A stretch of DNA of 64,000 bases from Balanoglossus misakiensis (GCA_040954595.2 CM082578.2:10091519-10155518), one strand, 5' to 3'; counted from the first letter of the stretch, positions 13,701 through 27,950 are shown. The notes: a model not told the origin generated them from the letters alone. Program-made: numbers and translations.

Positions 13701-16700
13701 TCTACGAGTTGTTTCAGCTGGAATGCATTGTGCAATCACTGGCATATGGCGACCTAATAACACATCAGTCACACAATTCACTGACATTGCGCGTGCTGCG
13801 CCAGTGGGAACTACGTCATGGCAACCGGGACGATAAATAAAGGAAACTTTTTCACTGAGAAAAATTATTGCGTGTATCAGGAGATAAAATCCAGCGTTAG
13901 CCCCGACAAACATCAGTTTCCCAGAAACTTTCTGAGTCAATTTCAGGCATCATTGATATCGTCTGACGTCAAGCTACATTTTTACATGTAATACGACATA
14001 CCCTCTTGCAGCAGGGAGAATCTTTATCCTTGCATCACTGGCAAGTTCCATTAGCTTGGAGGGCCCTCTTCTCCAATCTGATCGATCTCATCAGCTGCTT
14101 AAAACATGCATGCAAGGCACGCGTTCCTTCTAGGAAAAGTAACAGATGTCGGCAGTAAGGAGCAAGCTCATGGCTCTTAGTAGCGTTAATTGTAAGGATC
14201 CACACGCTCCAATACTGGCATTTATATTTTATGGTAACACAAGATACTATTATCTCAGAACGCAACTGATGCCATGGAGATAATTCGGCATGTGTTTCAT
14301 TTAAACTATACGTCTCGTAAGTGTGTCATACCAATTATTTAGCTTGCTGCGGCAATATTCTCCTGCATGTCTCAATTCCTTCTGAGCTAAGAGGATGTGT
14401 GTATTTTATTTTTTCTTTAATATTACATGTACATGTAATCTACACTTCATGGCCTTAAAGCCAAACTCTTCCCTGCAATACAACAACTCTCATCTTCCTG
14501 TTCTTAATATGGAATATCAATTTTGAATGCAACATCCAACATTAGCAATATCATTGTGGACTGAGAAATTGCTTGTCATGTGAAAACATCTATCAGTACC
14601 CAGGTTAAGAATGATTGCATTGTTGTATGCGGTTGGTTTCAAATGCTTAACACATCCATCAGGTTGTTATCACTCAGGAAGGGAAATGACATCACTGTGC
14701 TTTTTCATCAAAACTGTTACGTCTGCTCATAATTAGGGCTGGCAGAGACTGCAGCTGCTTTCAAAGTTTTTCCAGGATAAGAGGTTTCATAGACTGACAA
14801 AATTTGCAGACTTTTTTCATTTTCAAGTCAGTTTAATGAAACTCTGTCTCAGTCCAGATGATATATCAGATTGCCAAAATCAAAAACAATCAGCGTTGTC
14901 AATGACACATACATATAGAGAGAAATTTCAACTTTTCTTCGCTCCCCTCTGCATACACAATTTACATAGGCACTGTCAATGCATTTTCAGGAGCCTGGAG
15001 GACTTACATTACATGTATACGAGGGGGAAAAAGTCTTGATCAGATTAAGCCCTGATCATCCGAGGTCAGTCAGGCTTTTGGTACAATGGGCTATTATTGA
15101 TAAGATTGCATAAAAACTTCATTGATTGTGGATCGTAAGGATAAGCAGTAAATATTCCTGAGTCATCCAATCTGCAGTGAATGGAGGAATTACTCGGTTC
15201 ACATACTGCAGCAGTCGGGGATGGCACTAATGAAGGATACAGGCTGGCTGTGCCACTCACTCCCCATAGAATCCATTCCAGCAACATTTTCTTTTTTCTT
15301 CTTCTTTCACAAACTGAGTTACACTAAACGCGGAAATCAAGGAGTGGAACTGATGACACAAATAGTGTCCAGGGACACTGTGCTCCCATTTAATCAGAAC
15401 TGGCATACATGCATTTTACAGATTTTATAACATACCAACTTTCAAATTGAAAGCAATTACTTCCAGCATCTCCGAGATTTATCAAAAACTTTTATATTAT
15501 GAAAATTTTGACGATACGGTACTTGACAACCAGAGAATCAAGGTGTTTTCTTTGGAACCTAATCTGCCAACCCATTGTCAGTTATACATGTACACCCCTT
15601 TATTTATTATTTAAATACGTGTACATGAAACAAAATAAAGAGATCTACATCTGCCCAAAAGACGTAGTCCCAGAAAAGAAAAAAATCCAAACATATCGCC
15701 CTATAAGAACAGGTATAATCCAAAGCCGGTGTGACAGTCAACATGATTTTTAAAAAAACCCACCCCAGATTCTTCTTTAATGACCAGGGTGATGGGATCG
15801 CCAAATGCAGTACAGGCAGTAATTCTCCAAGGCCATGTCATGATGGTTCCTCCCCCCCCCCCCCCCCCCCCCCCCCCCAGAATGACTGACGGACTGCCAA
15901 GACACACAATACAACTTCGGTAATTGTAGACGTGTTCTGAGAACGTTTGCAGAAATTGAATTGTCGGAGTGCGGCCGATTTAAATTGGCACAATATTCAA
16001 GTATCAAATCTCTCGAGGTAAAGAGAGAATATGATTGATACGTTCAGTATTGCAGTCATGTAGACAATTCTGTCTCACGGTCGTCGTCATCGGATTCAGG
16101 GAGGAAATTTGGCACTTCATGTAATACCGTCATTTTTATCCCTTCAGTGTAAGACTACACGAATTGATATTGTCACTCCCTCCCTCCCCTGGTGGGAGGA
16201 TGAAACTCTATGAAATAGCACGGTTGCTATAATTTGAAATCATTGTCACTTTCACCCTGAACCACTTGAAATTAACCACAATGCTTGCTAGGGTTCTCCC
16301 CTGATGCTCGTTAATCAAAGATGTAATTCAACGACACAAAAATGATCGTGGTGAACACGCATGAGTTTAAATTTCATCCAGTGAATTGCTTGAGCCGGTC
16401 CTGAGTAATAACACCCTGCAATAGTACGTCATTTATAGTTCGAAGCCAGTGTCTAATTTCCTATTAGAAGCCCTTGCACATACATGTTGACAGACACAAA
16501 AAAAGCATCAAAATGCCAATGCAGAATTTTCAAGCGCGTCAAGTCCTGTTTGAACATCATGTCTGTGCAATAAAGCTGACGAGACTTTGACTGAATGAAT
16601 GTACATCTTGTAGTTGTACAATGTGTTTTACAGTCTTGCTAAAGTGATTTGCGATTCACCACCTATTACACACGAGGCATACGTGTATGGAACAAGAACA

Positions 16701-19700
16701 TGTTAATGCAACTGTGTTGTGCACAAGAATCTGTTATTTATTCTTAATATAACTTCATTGGCTTTTCTGTGCAAAAACGTTCTTGTTATTCTGTCTGACG
16801 ATCTTCAGTAACTTGTACTCTACAAAAATGGGAATGAACTATAATGGCTTCATGTATGTGAAGCTTTTTAAAAAAATACGTAGGCTGCCGTGCATGACTT
16901 TTTATCTTAGCACTGATAACTGGTTGGGTGGGGGTGGAGGTCCTGTTTTATATGAAGCAGCTCCATCACCTATCCAACTTGGAGCACCCCACAACTGATC
17001 CTCAACATCTTGAACAGATGTACATTTCTGTTCCAGCAAATCAAAATGATACCTGATCAACACTTCCCCAGTGCTCCAAACCTATGAACTAATAACCAGA
17101 GACTCTTTGAACAGGTAAAATTTGGGTCCTAATCACTTGGGGTTGATGAAATGAAAAGAAAATATTGAGAAATCGCCTCATTGATACGTTTTCTATGAAT
17201 TCCGTTCATACGTTTTTTTTTATGAACTCCGCTGTGTTGCCATAGTCAAGACCACCACATGTAGAAAAAAAAACGCCTTTGAGAATGACACAAGGTCACC
17301 TCTTGGGAGGTGGGGGGATGGGGCTTTCAATTAAACCCTAAAACTCGTTAAACAGCACAATACAACAATCTCGTGGGACAACGGATGGCTCCAACTGTAC
17401 GCAATTATGCCATCCAACTTAAACGAGACAATCTGCGAAAAAACAGCAGCGGTTAACACCAACCTGTCAATAGAAATGGATCCAAAACAATGCATTCATC
17501 ATAATTACGGCCACCCTCCCACGGAGAAGAATTTCCGAGTACGCAGGGAAGCGGTTTGCCACTCGCAAATCTTTTTCTCATTCGAGGAGGGAATTGATAA
17601 GACCATTTTTATTAATGATGGGTCTGATTGAACGCATGCAGGTCTCTGAATTGTTGCAGTACATTGTTATACAATGATTAACAACCAACTGGGCTTCATA
17701 TATCACAAGATTGCTGCAAAAGTATTTTTCTTTTTATGAGAATGAAAAATCGTTACTCTGCACTGAGTGCAGCCATAACAACTAATAATTCCACCCAACA
17801 GTACTTCAGTCGCATGAATCTGATCATGGTTGGATTTTACAACTTTTTTTATCTAACAGTCCTGCTTGCTGAAAAGTCACTAGCTTTTCAGTACAATAGC
17901 AATGTAAGATTAAAATATTACCTTCCCCCTCTCCCGAAAGTGTTTATGGCATCATCAATATGAGATCTGTAACTGCGTACAAATCCAGATGACGATCTAT
18001 GTGTGCGAGTGTGTTAAAAAAACCTGGTAGTAAATAGTATATTGAAGACCACCTGTGGAGGAGATTATTAGTTCAGCTTTGATATCTTGGACTATTTTGC
18101 TTGCCGGTTTCTGAGAATAAAATTATTTCCTGTGCTCCCTTCTCTGTTGAATTCCTAACAAGTTGCATAGTTATTTGTAACCCTGAAATCATTTCATGTT
18201 TTCAACCTTCAGATTTAAATTCAGAAGTGTTTTTTCCTACAATTACATGTATCAATATCTTTATCAATTTGCACAGTCATACACATACACTCCCCCCATT
18301 TAAAAGTGTTCCGGTCGGCACTGACCCCCTCAAACCCAAGCGACCCCCACCATTAATTAATGCAACATTCCAACGGGTAATGAAACTTACTTTCTTGTGG
18401 GTGTGGGTGGCTCTTTGCAGCCTTCCATGCATCTCCCCAGTCTGTTGTTCGAGCTCGTTGATCCTGGCCTGCAGCTGCTGTTTCTCATCCAGGAACCCCA
18501 ACCTCTGCTGGTCCAGCTGGCCCTGCGACGCCTCTTGCGTCTTCTCCACCTCCGCCGCCGCCAGGTTGAGCTCGTGCGCCAACAGGTCGATCTTGTTCTT
18601 GCATTTCTCGTTCTCCGCCGCCAGTTCGTTCTCGATGCCCTGCAGGGACTGCACCTCGGTGCGCAGCGTGTGCAGTTTCTCCCGGAGCTCGCTGTTCTGC
18701 TGCGTCTCCTGCTCGAGCTGGTCTGCCGTGGACTGCCTCTGTTCAAGCTTTGTTCTGTGAGAGTTCAAAGAAAAGGTGGGAGAGGGGTGGAAATGTAGCT
18801 GAGATTAGTTTTTACTTCTTTCAGTGTCCAAGGTATATGGTCATCAAATTTAGCTACATTGTACAATTATCATGGCAAGTCATGATGACAGATATTTACA
18901 TTGTCACTAAAAGACACACCCTTTTAGCAATATATGGGCGTATATAAATTGGTAGTGACCGTGTATTCCTTTAAGGTTTTTGCATGTGTGTTGAATCTTC
19001 TATTGCCCGCCCGTTCTTATACTTAGTGTGGGTTACTCAGCTTACAAACACAAGGCTTTACTGAGCTTTAACAAGGACTACTATGCCCTGAATTTTCAAT
19101 CTTCCCATAAACTATTGATTGCAAGTAATGAAAGTGCCAGTGATTGCCGATTGCCTCAACTGATTTTCTTTACTGAAAGTGAAACACCACAATCACTATC
19201 CAGTTTCTATTGATTCTCAGACTTGCCACTGGGAGTTCAGGTTTCAATATCATATCCCCAAACATTTCTCTCAGAAGAAAATTACTCACGACAGTAATAT
19301 GGTACAGATTTCACATTTGACAAGAAAATGATTGAAAAAGATTTTGCAAGAAAATTTTCTGCCCCTTCTTTATTTTACACTTGAGTTTTCTCAGACAAAA
19401 CAGTAGTAAATGTCAAAACAAAAGGGAATTTTCAGAAATGAATGCCTATCTTACTTTATGTATACAAACAATATGTTGGTATTATTATCCTGTGAAAAAT
19501 GATATGTGTCCAATTGAAAAATTCCATTATATACATTATCTCCTTGGAAATTTATGTGAACAGATTAGGGCATGTTAATGTTTTAAAAGGGTTTTTGAAT
19601 AGGAGCATATATACAATCACTTTAATCGTTTTTGTTCAATTTTGAACCATTCCCCACATAAATTTGGCTTAATTGATTGATTGGAAATTGACAGGGTTAA

Positions 19701-22700
19701 AAAGTTTACAAATATCTGTAAAACACCAGCAGCTGAAAATCTGCAGAAAAACAAATCATTGTCGATGACATATCTCCACACCAGACATGAAAGTTTGGTA
19801 CCATATTGGATCTGATCACAAAACAAATATCACCAATAACCATGGCATGTGCCAATCTGACTGAGTGAAATCTGTTAAAGTTACATGTATCATGTAAGAA
19901 TGATGGCACATAACTGGAAACAAAGTCTTATCGAAATTGAAATTTAGGGGGGGGGGGGAACAAGAAAAAATTTCACTTGGATACCCAACTTCTTATCTCC
20001 ATACACCGAAGGCAAACATTGTCGCTGCAAATAATGTCAGTGCAAGGCGTCCTACCTGAGCACCAGACACTCTTTCTCCGCTTCCTCTCGGCTCGCCTCC
20101 GCTTGTTTGATTCTGTCTTCCGTCTTCTCCTTATCGTCCGTGCGCCTGGTTTCCTCCTCCACTTTCCTCCTGTCTATCTCCTGTAACTTGGCTTCTAATT
20201 CCAGCCTGCGAGAGGGGGGGGGGGGGGGAAGGATGCCACACATTAGTCGAAATCTCCATAAATAATAGGAGTTCTTGCACTGAAACCCCACAACAGCAAA
20301 CATTTCTCAACCACGCCTGGAGCCGTGTGTGTTTGGAGTGTTCCAGCACAGGTGAACTAAGGTGTCCATTAAAACCTCGGGCATCACTTAAAACGTGATG
20401 CGTCTCCTTTCCTTGCAAAGAAATCTTACTGGTACACTGTTTAGTCCGGGTCAGCACCGAAGTAAGGCGTCCATTAAACCCACGGTGTCATTTAAAAACA
20501 CAATGAATGCACAGGGTTTTACTTGTGAGGGAAAACGGATATCTCACAGTTATTTTTTTGTTTTCATTTTCACCATGCTTTTACCAGGCTGCATCTCACG
20601 AGTAACAGCAGGAAATTACTAGTAATGCTTTCACTTCCATATTTCAGTGGGAAAAGAAACGTAAATTGTTCAATACATTTACGTAAACTTTGACGAGTTC
20701 AATGTGTGACCCAAAATGTGCGAATACAATACATGCAATTTCACCTTGACTGAATAGAAAGTATGCTGTATTTGTTTGATAAATTAAGGCGGTCTCCGCC
20801 ATCTCGGTCTTAAATGAATATTGTGAGTGCCTGATAAAGAAATATATTTACTATTTAATACTTCATTCTCTCCATCATAGTAGGTGCATACATGTACCTG
20901 GACCCATTTGTTCATTACTGTTGTTGTATACTGCAACGGCCCACAGAAGCCAAACAACCCATTAAGCCACTTGGCCTGACCTGGGTTGACCAGACAGAAA
21001 ATTTGTCCCCCTGCTCCATTGCCCATACAGTGCCCTCTCCATTGTGTCAGTAAAGACAAACAAGTAGAGCCTGTTCTCTCGGAGAAAGAATCGAATAAAA
21101 GCTGGCACAACTGATGAAAACAACTCAATTAACATGTAATCTTGCAACATCGGTTGTGTGGAAACAACAATTCTATACACAGGTCTTGTAACGTTTATTT
21201 ATTGCGGCAAGTGAAGGTAATTTAACAGGGAGCAATCAGGCCGATCAATAGTGTTTGTGTCTCGGAGTCAATTGGATGTGGAGCTAATCGACGGGGAGGT
21301 GCCATAATTCACACCTGGCTGGCACATCACTCAATTCGCCTGGGCCGATCACCCGTGACATTGAAACCCGGGGCAACACATTGTTGCAATCCGTCACGTT
21401 CACTGCCGTAGCTGCAGATTTGTTCAATCCCCCCGACACAATTCACTGATAAGCAGGGGCAATTGCTGCCCCATCTGCAGAAATAACTCACTTCTCGTTT
21501 TCCAGCTTATTGATTTTGTCCCATTCTTCTTCCCTGGCTGCCTGGGTCTTGCGCACCATCTCCTTTTCCTTCTCGGCCAGCGTGTTGGTCTGCGACTCCA
21601 GTGACTGCTGCAAGACCTCCACTTTGCTTCTGCTGCCTGCGACAGATTACAAGATTACAAAATAAAATAATTATTGTTGTTTATGACAATGAATATGATG
21701 CTGACGATGATGATGATGATGGTGATGATGATGATGGGACCTAAAAGATTCTTTTGCATTTTTCGTTTGCTGTATTGGCTTGTGATGAGGGACTTTTTGT
21801 GGTTTTGAGTTGGCGAGACGCTCCCTTTCCCTTCGATCACAGAGTCAGTACCGGGATTGGGAAAACTGTTGGGGCTCTAATCTTCAAGTGGTATCGCTGT
21901 CTCATAACTTGTAGTCCTTTGATTGAAAATGGCTCTGTAGAGCCCGGTAAGCCAATATAATGGTGCATGCACGCACATAACACATCATCATCATATCAAC
22001 CCCTATAAATTACACTTTGAAACGAACACATTTTTCATTCTGTTTACTTGTCGCCTTCACAAACTGAAAATGCCATGATTTCATCACGTCTAATGATGTC
22101 GGTTAATTGAACACACGGCCCTCATATCCTGTGCAGCAGATTACACATTTTAAGCGACACAACATTCCTCATTCTCTTCCGACACTGCTGATAGAAACTG
22201 GAACGCTGCGAATTCACGTTACACAATGATTCATTTAATTTACCGCATCCACGTGCGCCCGTGATCTGCGGAAATAGACATCCCGCTTCAAATTACCCTC
22301 AAAACCTCGGATGTTCTTTCAAAATGCGACTCTGCAGGATAAGTGCGCCCACTTACAAGTCTTCACAAAAATGCCTTTCATCAGAATTAATAACAGTCGG
22401 ATATCTGGTGTCTCTGTGTCTGTATTTGCAGGCCACGGCTGTATTATACAAATCCGCCTCCCTGGAAACTTTCACTGCCAGCAGGCCAAGTAAGATTACT
22501 TTTTGTACAAGTTGTGGTTTCTCAGTGAGGGGGACTACCGGGTGGACCTTTTCATTTGCTTAAATTCCATTCTGGAAACACTCTCTTTTGAATAACACAA
22601 TACCAGCAGAAAAACACAGTTCAATTCTCTGAAACAACTGTATCAGCACGGATTTCAGACATGTGACATGACAATCGACAAAACAGGTAATGTACAATGG

Positions 22701-25700
22701 CTTGAAATATAAAATTGGGATAATTATGGATGATTGACAGGAAACTTTAAACAAACTTACTACACGTTATCAGGCAACAATCAGAGTGAAGACCCACAAA
22801 CCCCATTCCTTCATCAGAAACTACAGGCATTATACGCCCCTCTCATCAAATATGACGCACCACTTACGCAAGTCAAATTCTTCATGACGCAAGCAGGTTT
22901 TGTTGATATGAATATTGCCAAATAAATTAACATGTACCAATACAGGGGCTTCCTCTTTGCCCAAGGAGAAGTTGACACACTGAAATAAATTAGTACAAAC
23001 CATAGTCCACACACATACATGTACGGTACATACGTGCATACGTACGTACATACGTGGTGCGTGGAGGAGGGCTGTGTTTTCGAACCGACACTCACCTTCA
23101 AGTTCATGGGCCAGGGTGTCCCTCTGTCGCTCCAGTTCCCCTTTGCTCTTCAGCACCTCCATCTTCATGTTGGTGGTCTCGATTTTGTGCCGGTGCACGG
23201 CCTCCTCCAGCTGACTCCTCAGCACGGTCTTGTCCTTCTCCAGGTCGTGGGTCCGGGTGTTGGCCGTCTTCTGCGAGTCCAGCGCCGTGCTCAGCTCTTG
23301 CTGGAGCTGATCCACGTGCATCTTGAGGGATTCTTTCTCAGACTGAAACGTTAGAATGAAGTGGCACGTGTGACTTGCCATGTGGCAAAATCTGAATCAA
23401 ACTGTAACAGCTCATTCAATATGGTTTTAATATATACAGTTGTCACTAATACAGTGGGGGCAAGGTACATGTACATGTACAGTTAGCTGTACAGATGTGA
23501 AATCTATAATTTGTACGCACCTCCAGAGTTTTAATTGTAGCGATATTCTCGGTGAGTTGTTTAGTTTGCATTCTGGCGACGTGATCCGACTGCAGGCCGG
23601 CCTGCTCTCGCTGGGCTCGGATCTCCTCCAGTTCAGTCAAGAGGCCCTTCATCTTCAAGTGCATCTGAGCATTCTCCCGCTGCAGCACCCGCACCCGTTG
23701 AGCGTCCTGGTTGTTTTCGGACGAGAACCTGGCAGCGATGGTCTCTCTCTCTCGCCGCAGGTTCTCCAGCTGATGCAAAGAATGGACAGGCGACATATTG
23801 GTAGTCTGCTTATTTTGTTTGTGATTTGGTACCATGAGAAATCTTGCTTTATTGTTAGTCACATGTAGGTATATGACTGTCTGGAGTCCAGCCCATTTAA
23901 ATATCAAAATAATATTGGAAAATTCCAGTATTATGCAAATACACTCAATTTACAGAAGTATGCACAGTTTACGCCTGATTGAATCCACCAAAATAGCAGA
24001 AAAGAAAGCACACAACTCAGTCTCTGATTTGTAGATCTTTGGTAAATGTTGAAAACCGTCTTTTATACGACAGGGTGGATTTTATATTAAAATTGCCACA
24101 CAAGACACGCTCAGTTTGCCCAGCACAACATATATAAATGCAACCTTACACCGAAAGCAATGTTTCCAGTTTGTTTTTTATGTTGATAATCAAGTCTCTG
24201 GTTTCATTGCCTTAATTCTATCAAACAAAGGGCAACAGCTTCAGATTGCAGACGTTTTTTAGAAATCAGTGGAGCACTTCGATCAATCCATCATTTGACT
24301 CTAATAGTAATACCCTACGACAGAGTACGGTTTGCAAAATGAAAACTGCGATGTTATTTAGTACACAGGGGCTTTTGGCAGACAATCCCATTTACTTTAA
24401 ACGGTGTCGCGTTACCTCACTCTCGTACTGCAGCTTCAGCTCGTCCATTACCCTCTGAGTTTCGGCCTTCTCGTGTTCGTACTCTTGCTTGAGGAAGGAG
24501 TACTCGTATCGGAGTTTGTTGAAGTCGGTTCGGTACTTCTCCACTTCCGCCTCCATCCGGGCCATGCGCTCCCGATTGGGCTGGTCCAGCTCCTCGGCCA
24601 TCTTCAGCTTCATCAGCTCCACTTTCTGGGGCGTGATTATCTGGTGAATCGGAGAGAAGAAGAAAAAAAGTGCACAGAGACTCTTGTCATCAATTTGTTA
24701 CATTTTATATAGTGGGGCATTCCTTAGCTATTGGGCAAATCATTAATACCGGTAGTCAATATTAATAACCATTATCCAAATTCTTTTCCCCGTACCTTCA
24801 TGGGATATTGATTCTGTAAAAGCTTTTCCTGGCACAATTAAGTGATATCGAACTGGTTACAAAATTTGAGTATTGTGAACAGATGAGCAGTGGTAGTTGT
24901 ATCACCTTTTCTAGGAGTCTTCATTTGGTCTGTCACAACACAAGAGGGCGCCGTACTGCGTATCTCAATCCAATACACTTTTCGACAATGTAAAATCATG
25001 GAAAAAGTACCCCCCCCCCTCCCACCAAATCTGATGTCATCTCACTAAATCACGAATTAGCCAAACAGGCTGGTCAACAAAATATTTATTTGACGCTGGG
25101 GCAGTTGCTGGGTAGACTAGAAATGAGACAGAAGCTCTAATGACAGACAAAGGAAAACTTCTAACGTGCACTCCGATATAATCATGATTAAAATATACCG
25201 GAGATTCACATCAGAGAGAGAGAGGTAAATGTAATACAATACCTGCGCTTTCAGTTCTTCCACTTCAGCCGTCTTCTCCGAAAGTTCCTTCCTGGCTCTA
25301 GATACCAGTGCCTGGCATTTCTCTTCCATCATACCACTCTCCTGAGTATGCCGGGCAAAATCAGCTTCCAGTCTTTGGAAATCATCGATTAACCTGCAAG
25401 ATGAGAATCCAAACAAAATTAGACATCATTGTTGTTTTTAATTATTTGAAACTTAATACGCTCAGAATGGATTCAGCTGAAGACTGCAAGCAGTCTATAA
25501 GGTCTATTTCCAATCAGAAAAATTGATTTTTCTCTCGGGAGATCAGTTTCTAGACTGTTTAAGTCTTCGCCAAAGTACTGGGGAAAAAACATAAACTGAT
25601 ATTCTATAACCAAACTCTGTCTTTTAACCCTGCCACCCCCTAGTTCCCTCTTAAGAGGTCCAACCTTTACTGTACAGTAGAAAACAATAGGTTTGGACTG

Positions 25701-25880
25701 AACAATAGGGTTTAAGATGACAAACCTCTGGTGCTCAGCTTTTAGCGTCTGATAGTTGGTCTTGTGCATCTCGCATCTCATTCTTTCGTCAGCCAGCATC
25801 TTCTGAAGCTCTGTCTCCTGGGCCAGCTTGGGCATATTTCCCACCATGGGGAGACTGGCAGACAAGTGGCCGGACGCCAT
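4785..25880 (-). CDS. CEP83: Centrosomal protein of 83 kDa (CCDC41), centriolar distal-appendage coiled-coil protein; 11 coding exons, 721 aa
   Basis: Exons (minus): 25880-25726, 25393-25243, 24640-24416, 23769-23521, 23342-23096, 21636-21492, 20205-20056, 18754-18391, 7142-7042, 5675-5477, 4964-4785. All introns are GT-AG, phases are consistent, total 2166 nt. Peptides ELQKMLADERMRCEMHKTNYQTLKAEH, TPQKVELMK, EVEKYRTDFNKLRYEYSFLKQEYEHEK, QNVPQATY...RHTEFRSLIL and QHQKDLAALRQRL match vertebrate CEP83 colinearly from end to end. Confidence 0.95.
15852..15878. repeat. Poly-C tract (27 C) in CEP83 intron; other long homopolymers present
   Basis: Direct reading. Also A24 at 5685-5708, G15 at 10979-10993, G15 at 20214-20228 (the pyrimidine tract of a CEP83 acceptor) and T21G15 at 38593-38628. 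Confidence 0.9.
21695..21736. repeat. Imperfect (ATG/CAT)n microsatellite
   Basis: ATGATGCTGACGATGATGATGATGATGGTGATGATGATGATG in a CEP83 intron. Confidence 0.85.
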
Positions 25881-27339
25881 TCTTGTAAATACAATAAGTA
25901 GTTAGTCTTGAGACACCACGACCAGGAAGGGCGATATCCACCACACTCTACAGTCACAGATTCACTCTCTCCACCTGCAGATTGACCTTTAAAAAAAACA
26001 AGACTGGGTCAATATTTAGAAATGACATCAAAGTTTGTCCCAGAAATGAACAAAATTACCACTGACACACCTACATGTATAGTCATGTTTTAGGGTGGTA
26101 ACATTTGCACTAATGAAAAAGTCTGATAAATTTAACAAACATTTTGTTGGCATTTCATATTTAATTTATATGATTGAAAAAAAAAGTACAGGAAGGCAAA
26201 ATCAAGCACCGATATTTACAGCATCCAGCACCTGATAAATTTTACACCCCATAATACAGAAAAACCAGTATCATTTTGTTTTACAGTTTTGCCATAAAAT
26301 GGAATATTTCCCCTTTGAAACGTCAGCAACGCAGATTATCCCCATTTTAAAGACACCATATATATCCCACACCACCTGTTACACACCTTTTTGCCCTTAT
26401 ACCAAATCAGCATATGAATGGGGGATGACATGAAAATCAATATTATTGATGTGAGCCATTATATGTGGGGTCAAAAAGTTGCATAACCCTGCATCAATCA
26501 TTAAACACAACAAGCAGTTTATGTTCCTGGTTCATACATATTATTGTGCTCCCCTGCTGATGGAAGCAGAATAATGATGCATTGGATAATTTGCCGTCCT
26601 TATTTCCGTATGGTCGTGTTTACATGACGTGATAAATGTCACCACTGTGTTCAGCCATTAGCGACAATGAGCGATGGGCGCATGCAAGATGACAAATGCC
26701 ATCGTCTAATCTGCTTTGTAGAAAATACCCCATACTTCATGTTTGCTGGATGTTATTTTCATGATTGGTGTGATGCAATTTTCAAGGTTCTCATGGCTTT
26801 TAAGGCAAGATGGGGCTTTTCTATTAGTACATGTAACACTTACAGTGGCAGTATATCATGTGTTGGTTTTCAAGCATATTTGATTGCAAATAAATATTTT
26901 CAGCATTGTCACATAATAATACAATTACATTTTTTAATTTTAATTCTGGTACTCTTTTTTTAATGGTATAACTTCATTTGCTCTGAAATAAACAAACCAA
27001 ACAGTTGTTGATTTCAGCAAATGTTGCTAGAATTATTTAGGAAAAGTTGACACACCCCTTTCATGTTCATAACACACAATTACCTTCGAGGTGTACCCGC
27101 GGGTATTCTATGATTGGACACGAAGTGACGTTTGCATCAGGGTGAATGAAAATACATTTTCTATAACATCTACCAATCGTGTGGCCCAGGCTACAACTTT
27201 TCTTGTCAAACCAATGTTTATATGTACGCGCTCACTGTATGAGGGTGCCACCAAATTTGGCAAAATGCCCGCCAGTGATCGAAACGGTATATTCACAAAA
27301 AATACTGATCCAACAATTAACGATGATATTTTAGACATA

Positions 27340-27950
27340 AATTATGTAGCAACCGGTGGTTAGGACGAGCGAATTTCAAACGATCCTCATTTTAGCGAGC
27401 TGTGTTGAAAGGCGTAGCCATAGAATAACCTTTGCGCTAAAGAATGTGAAACCGTTGCTAACGAACGGGGGACGCTATCGTGTCTCGACAGCCATCGTCA
27501 GTAATGTAACTGGTGAAGACTCAGAATCTCGTTAAGACACCGTGTCGTCTTAACCAGCTACTCGTACATACCTTCCAAAACACCTTGCAAACTTAAATAT
27601 CAATCGTGCATCGGGATCAGCTCAAGAGCATCGATAAATGGAGAGTTGAATGCAACGGATACGGGCGTAATAACGACAAATGGCGGTGAGAAACGTACGC
27701 ATGCGCTTTGAAAATAATCCTCGCATTGTAACATGGGAGGGAATCCCCATACCTCCTAGGTTACTGGTAATAAGACTACGGAAATCAAAGTAAAATATTG
27801 CGGAAGAGGTCTGTCACTAAGCAAACAGGTTTATAGTAAAATGTCACATTGAATATATTTGTGTATTTGGGTATTTTTTTCTTGGATATAAAAAACACGC
27901 TAAAAAGAGGAGGATGTTAAACGTCGTTATGTTATTTTCAGTGTACTAGG
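27340..27950. promoter_or_regulatory. CpG-rich bidirectional promoter between CEP83 and the adhesion GPCR
   Basis: Divergent genes less than 1 kb apart. Motifs: NRF1-like TACGCATGCGC 27696-27706, YY1-like AAATGGCGG 27678-27686, kB-consensus GGGAATCCCC 27739-27748, degenerate RFX X-box GTTGCTAACGAAC 27454-27466. Confidence 0.65.
27572..27700 (-). other. CEP83: Probable non-coding first exon of CEP83
   Basis: Strong minus-strand donor GGAAG|GTATGT at 27572/27571 inside a CpG-rich island. The ATG-containing exon has acceptors at 25986 or 25974. The transcription start is only approximate. Confidence 0.55.

Noticed and set aside
18101-18798. Long plus-strand ORFs (219 aa, 133 aa)
   Set aside because: Antisense shadows of the GC-rich coiled-coil CEP83 exon 18391-18754; no independent protein features.
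23019-24712. Plus-strand ORFs 23019-23354, 23440-23868, 24404-24712
   Set aside because: Antisense to CEP83 coding exons; Leu-rich shadow translations.
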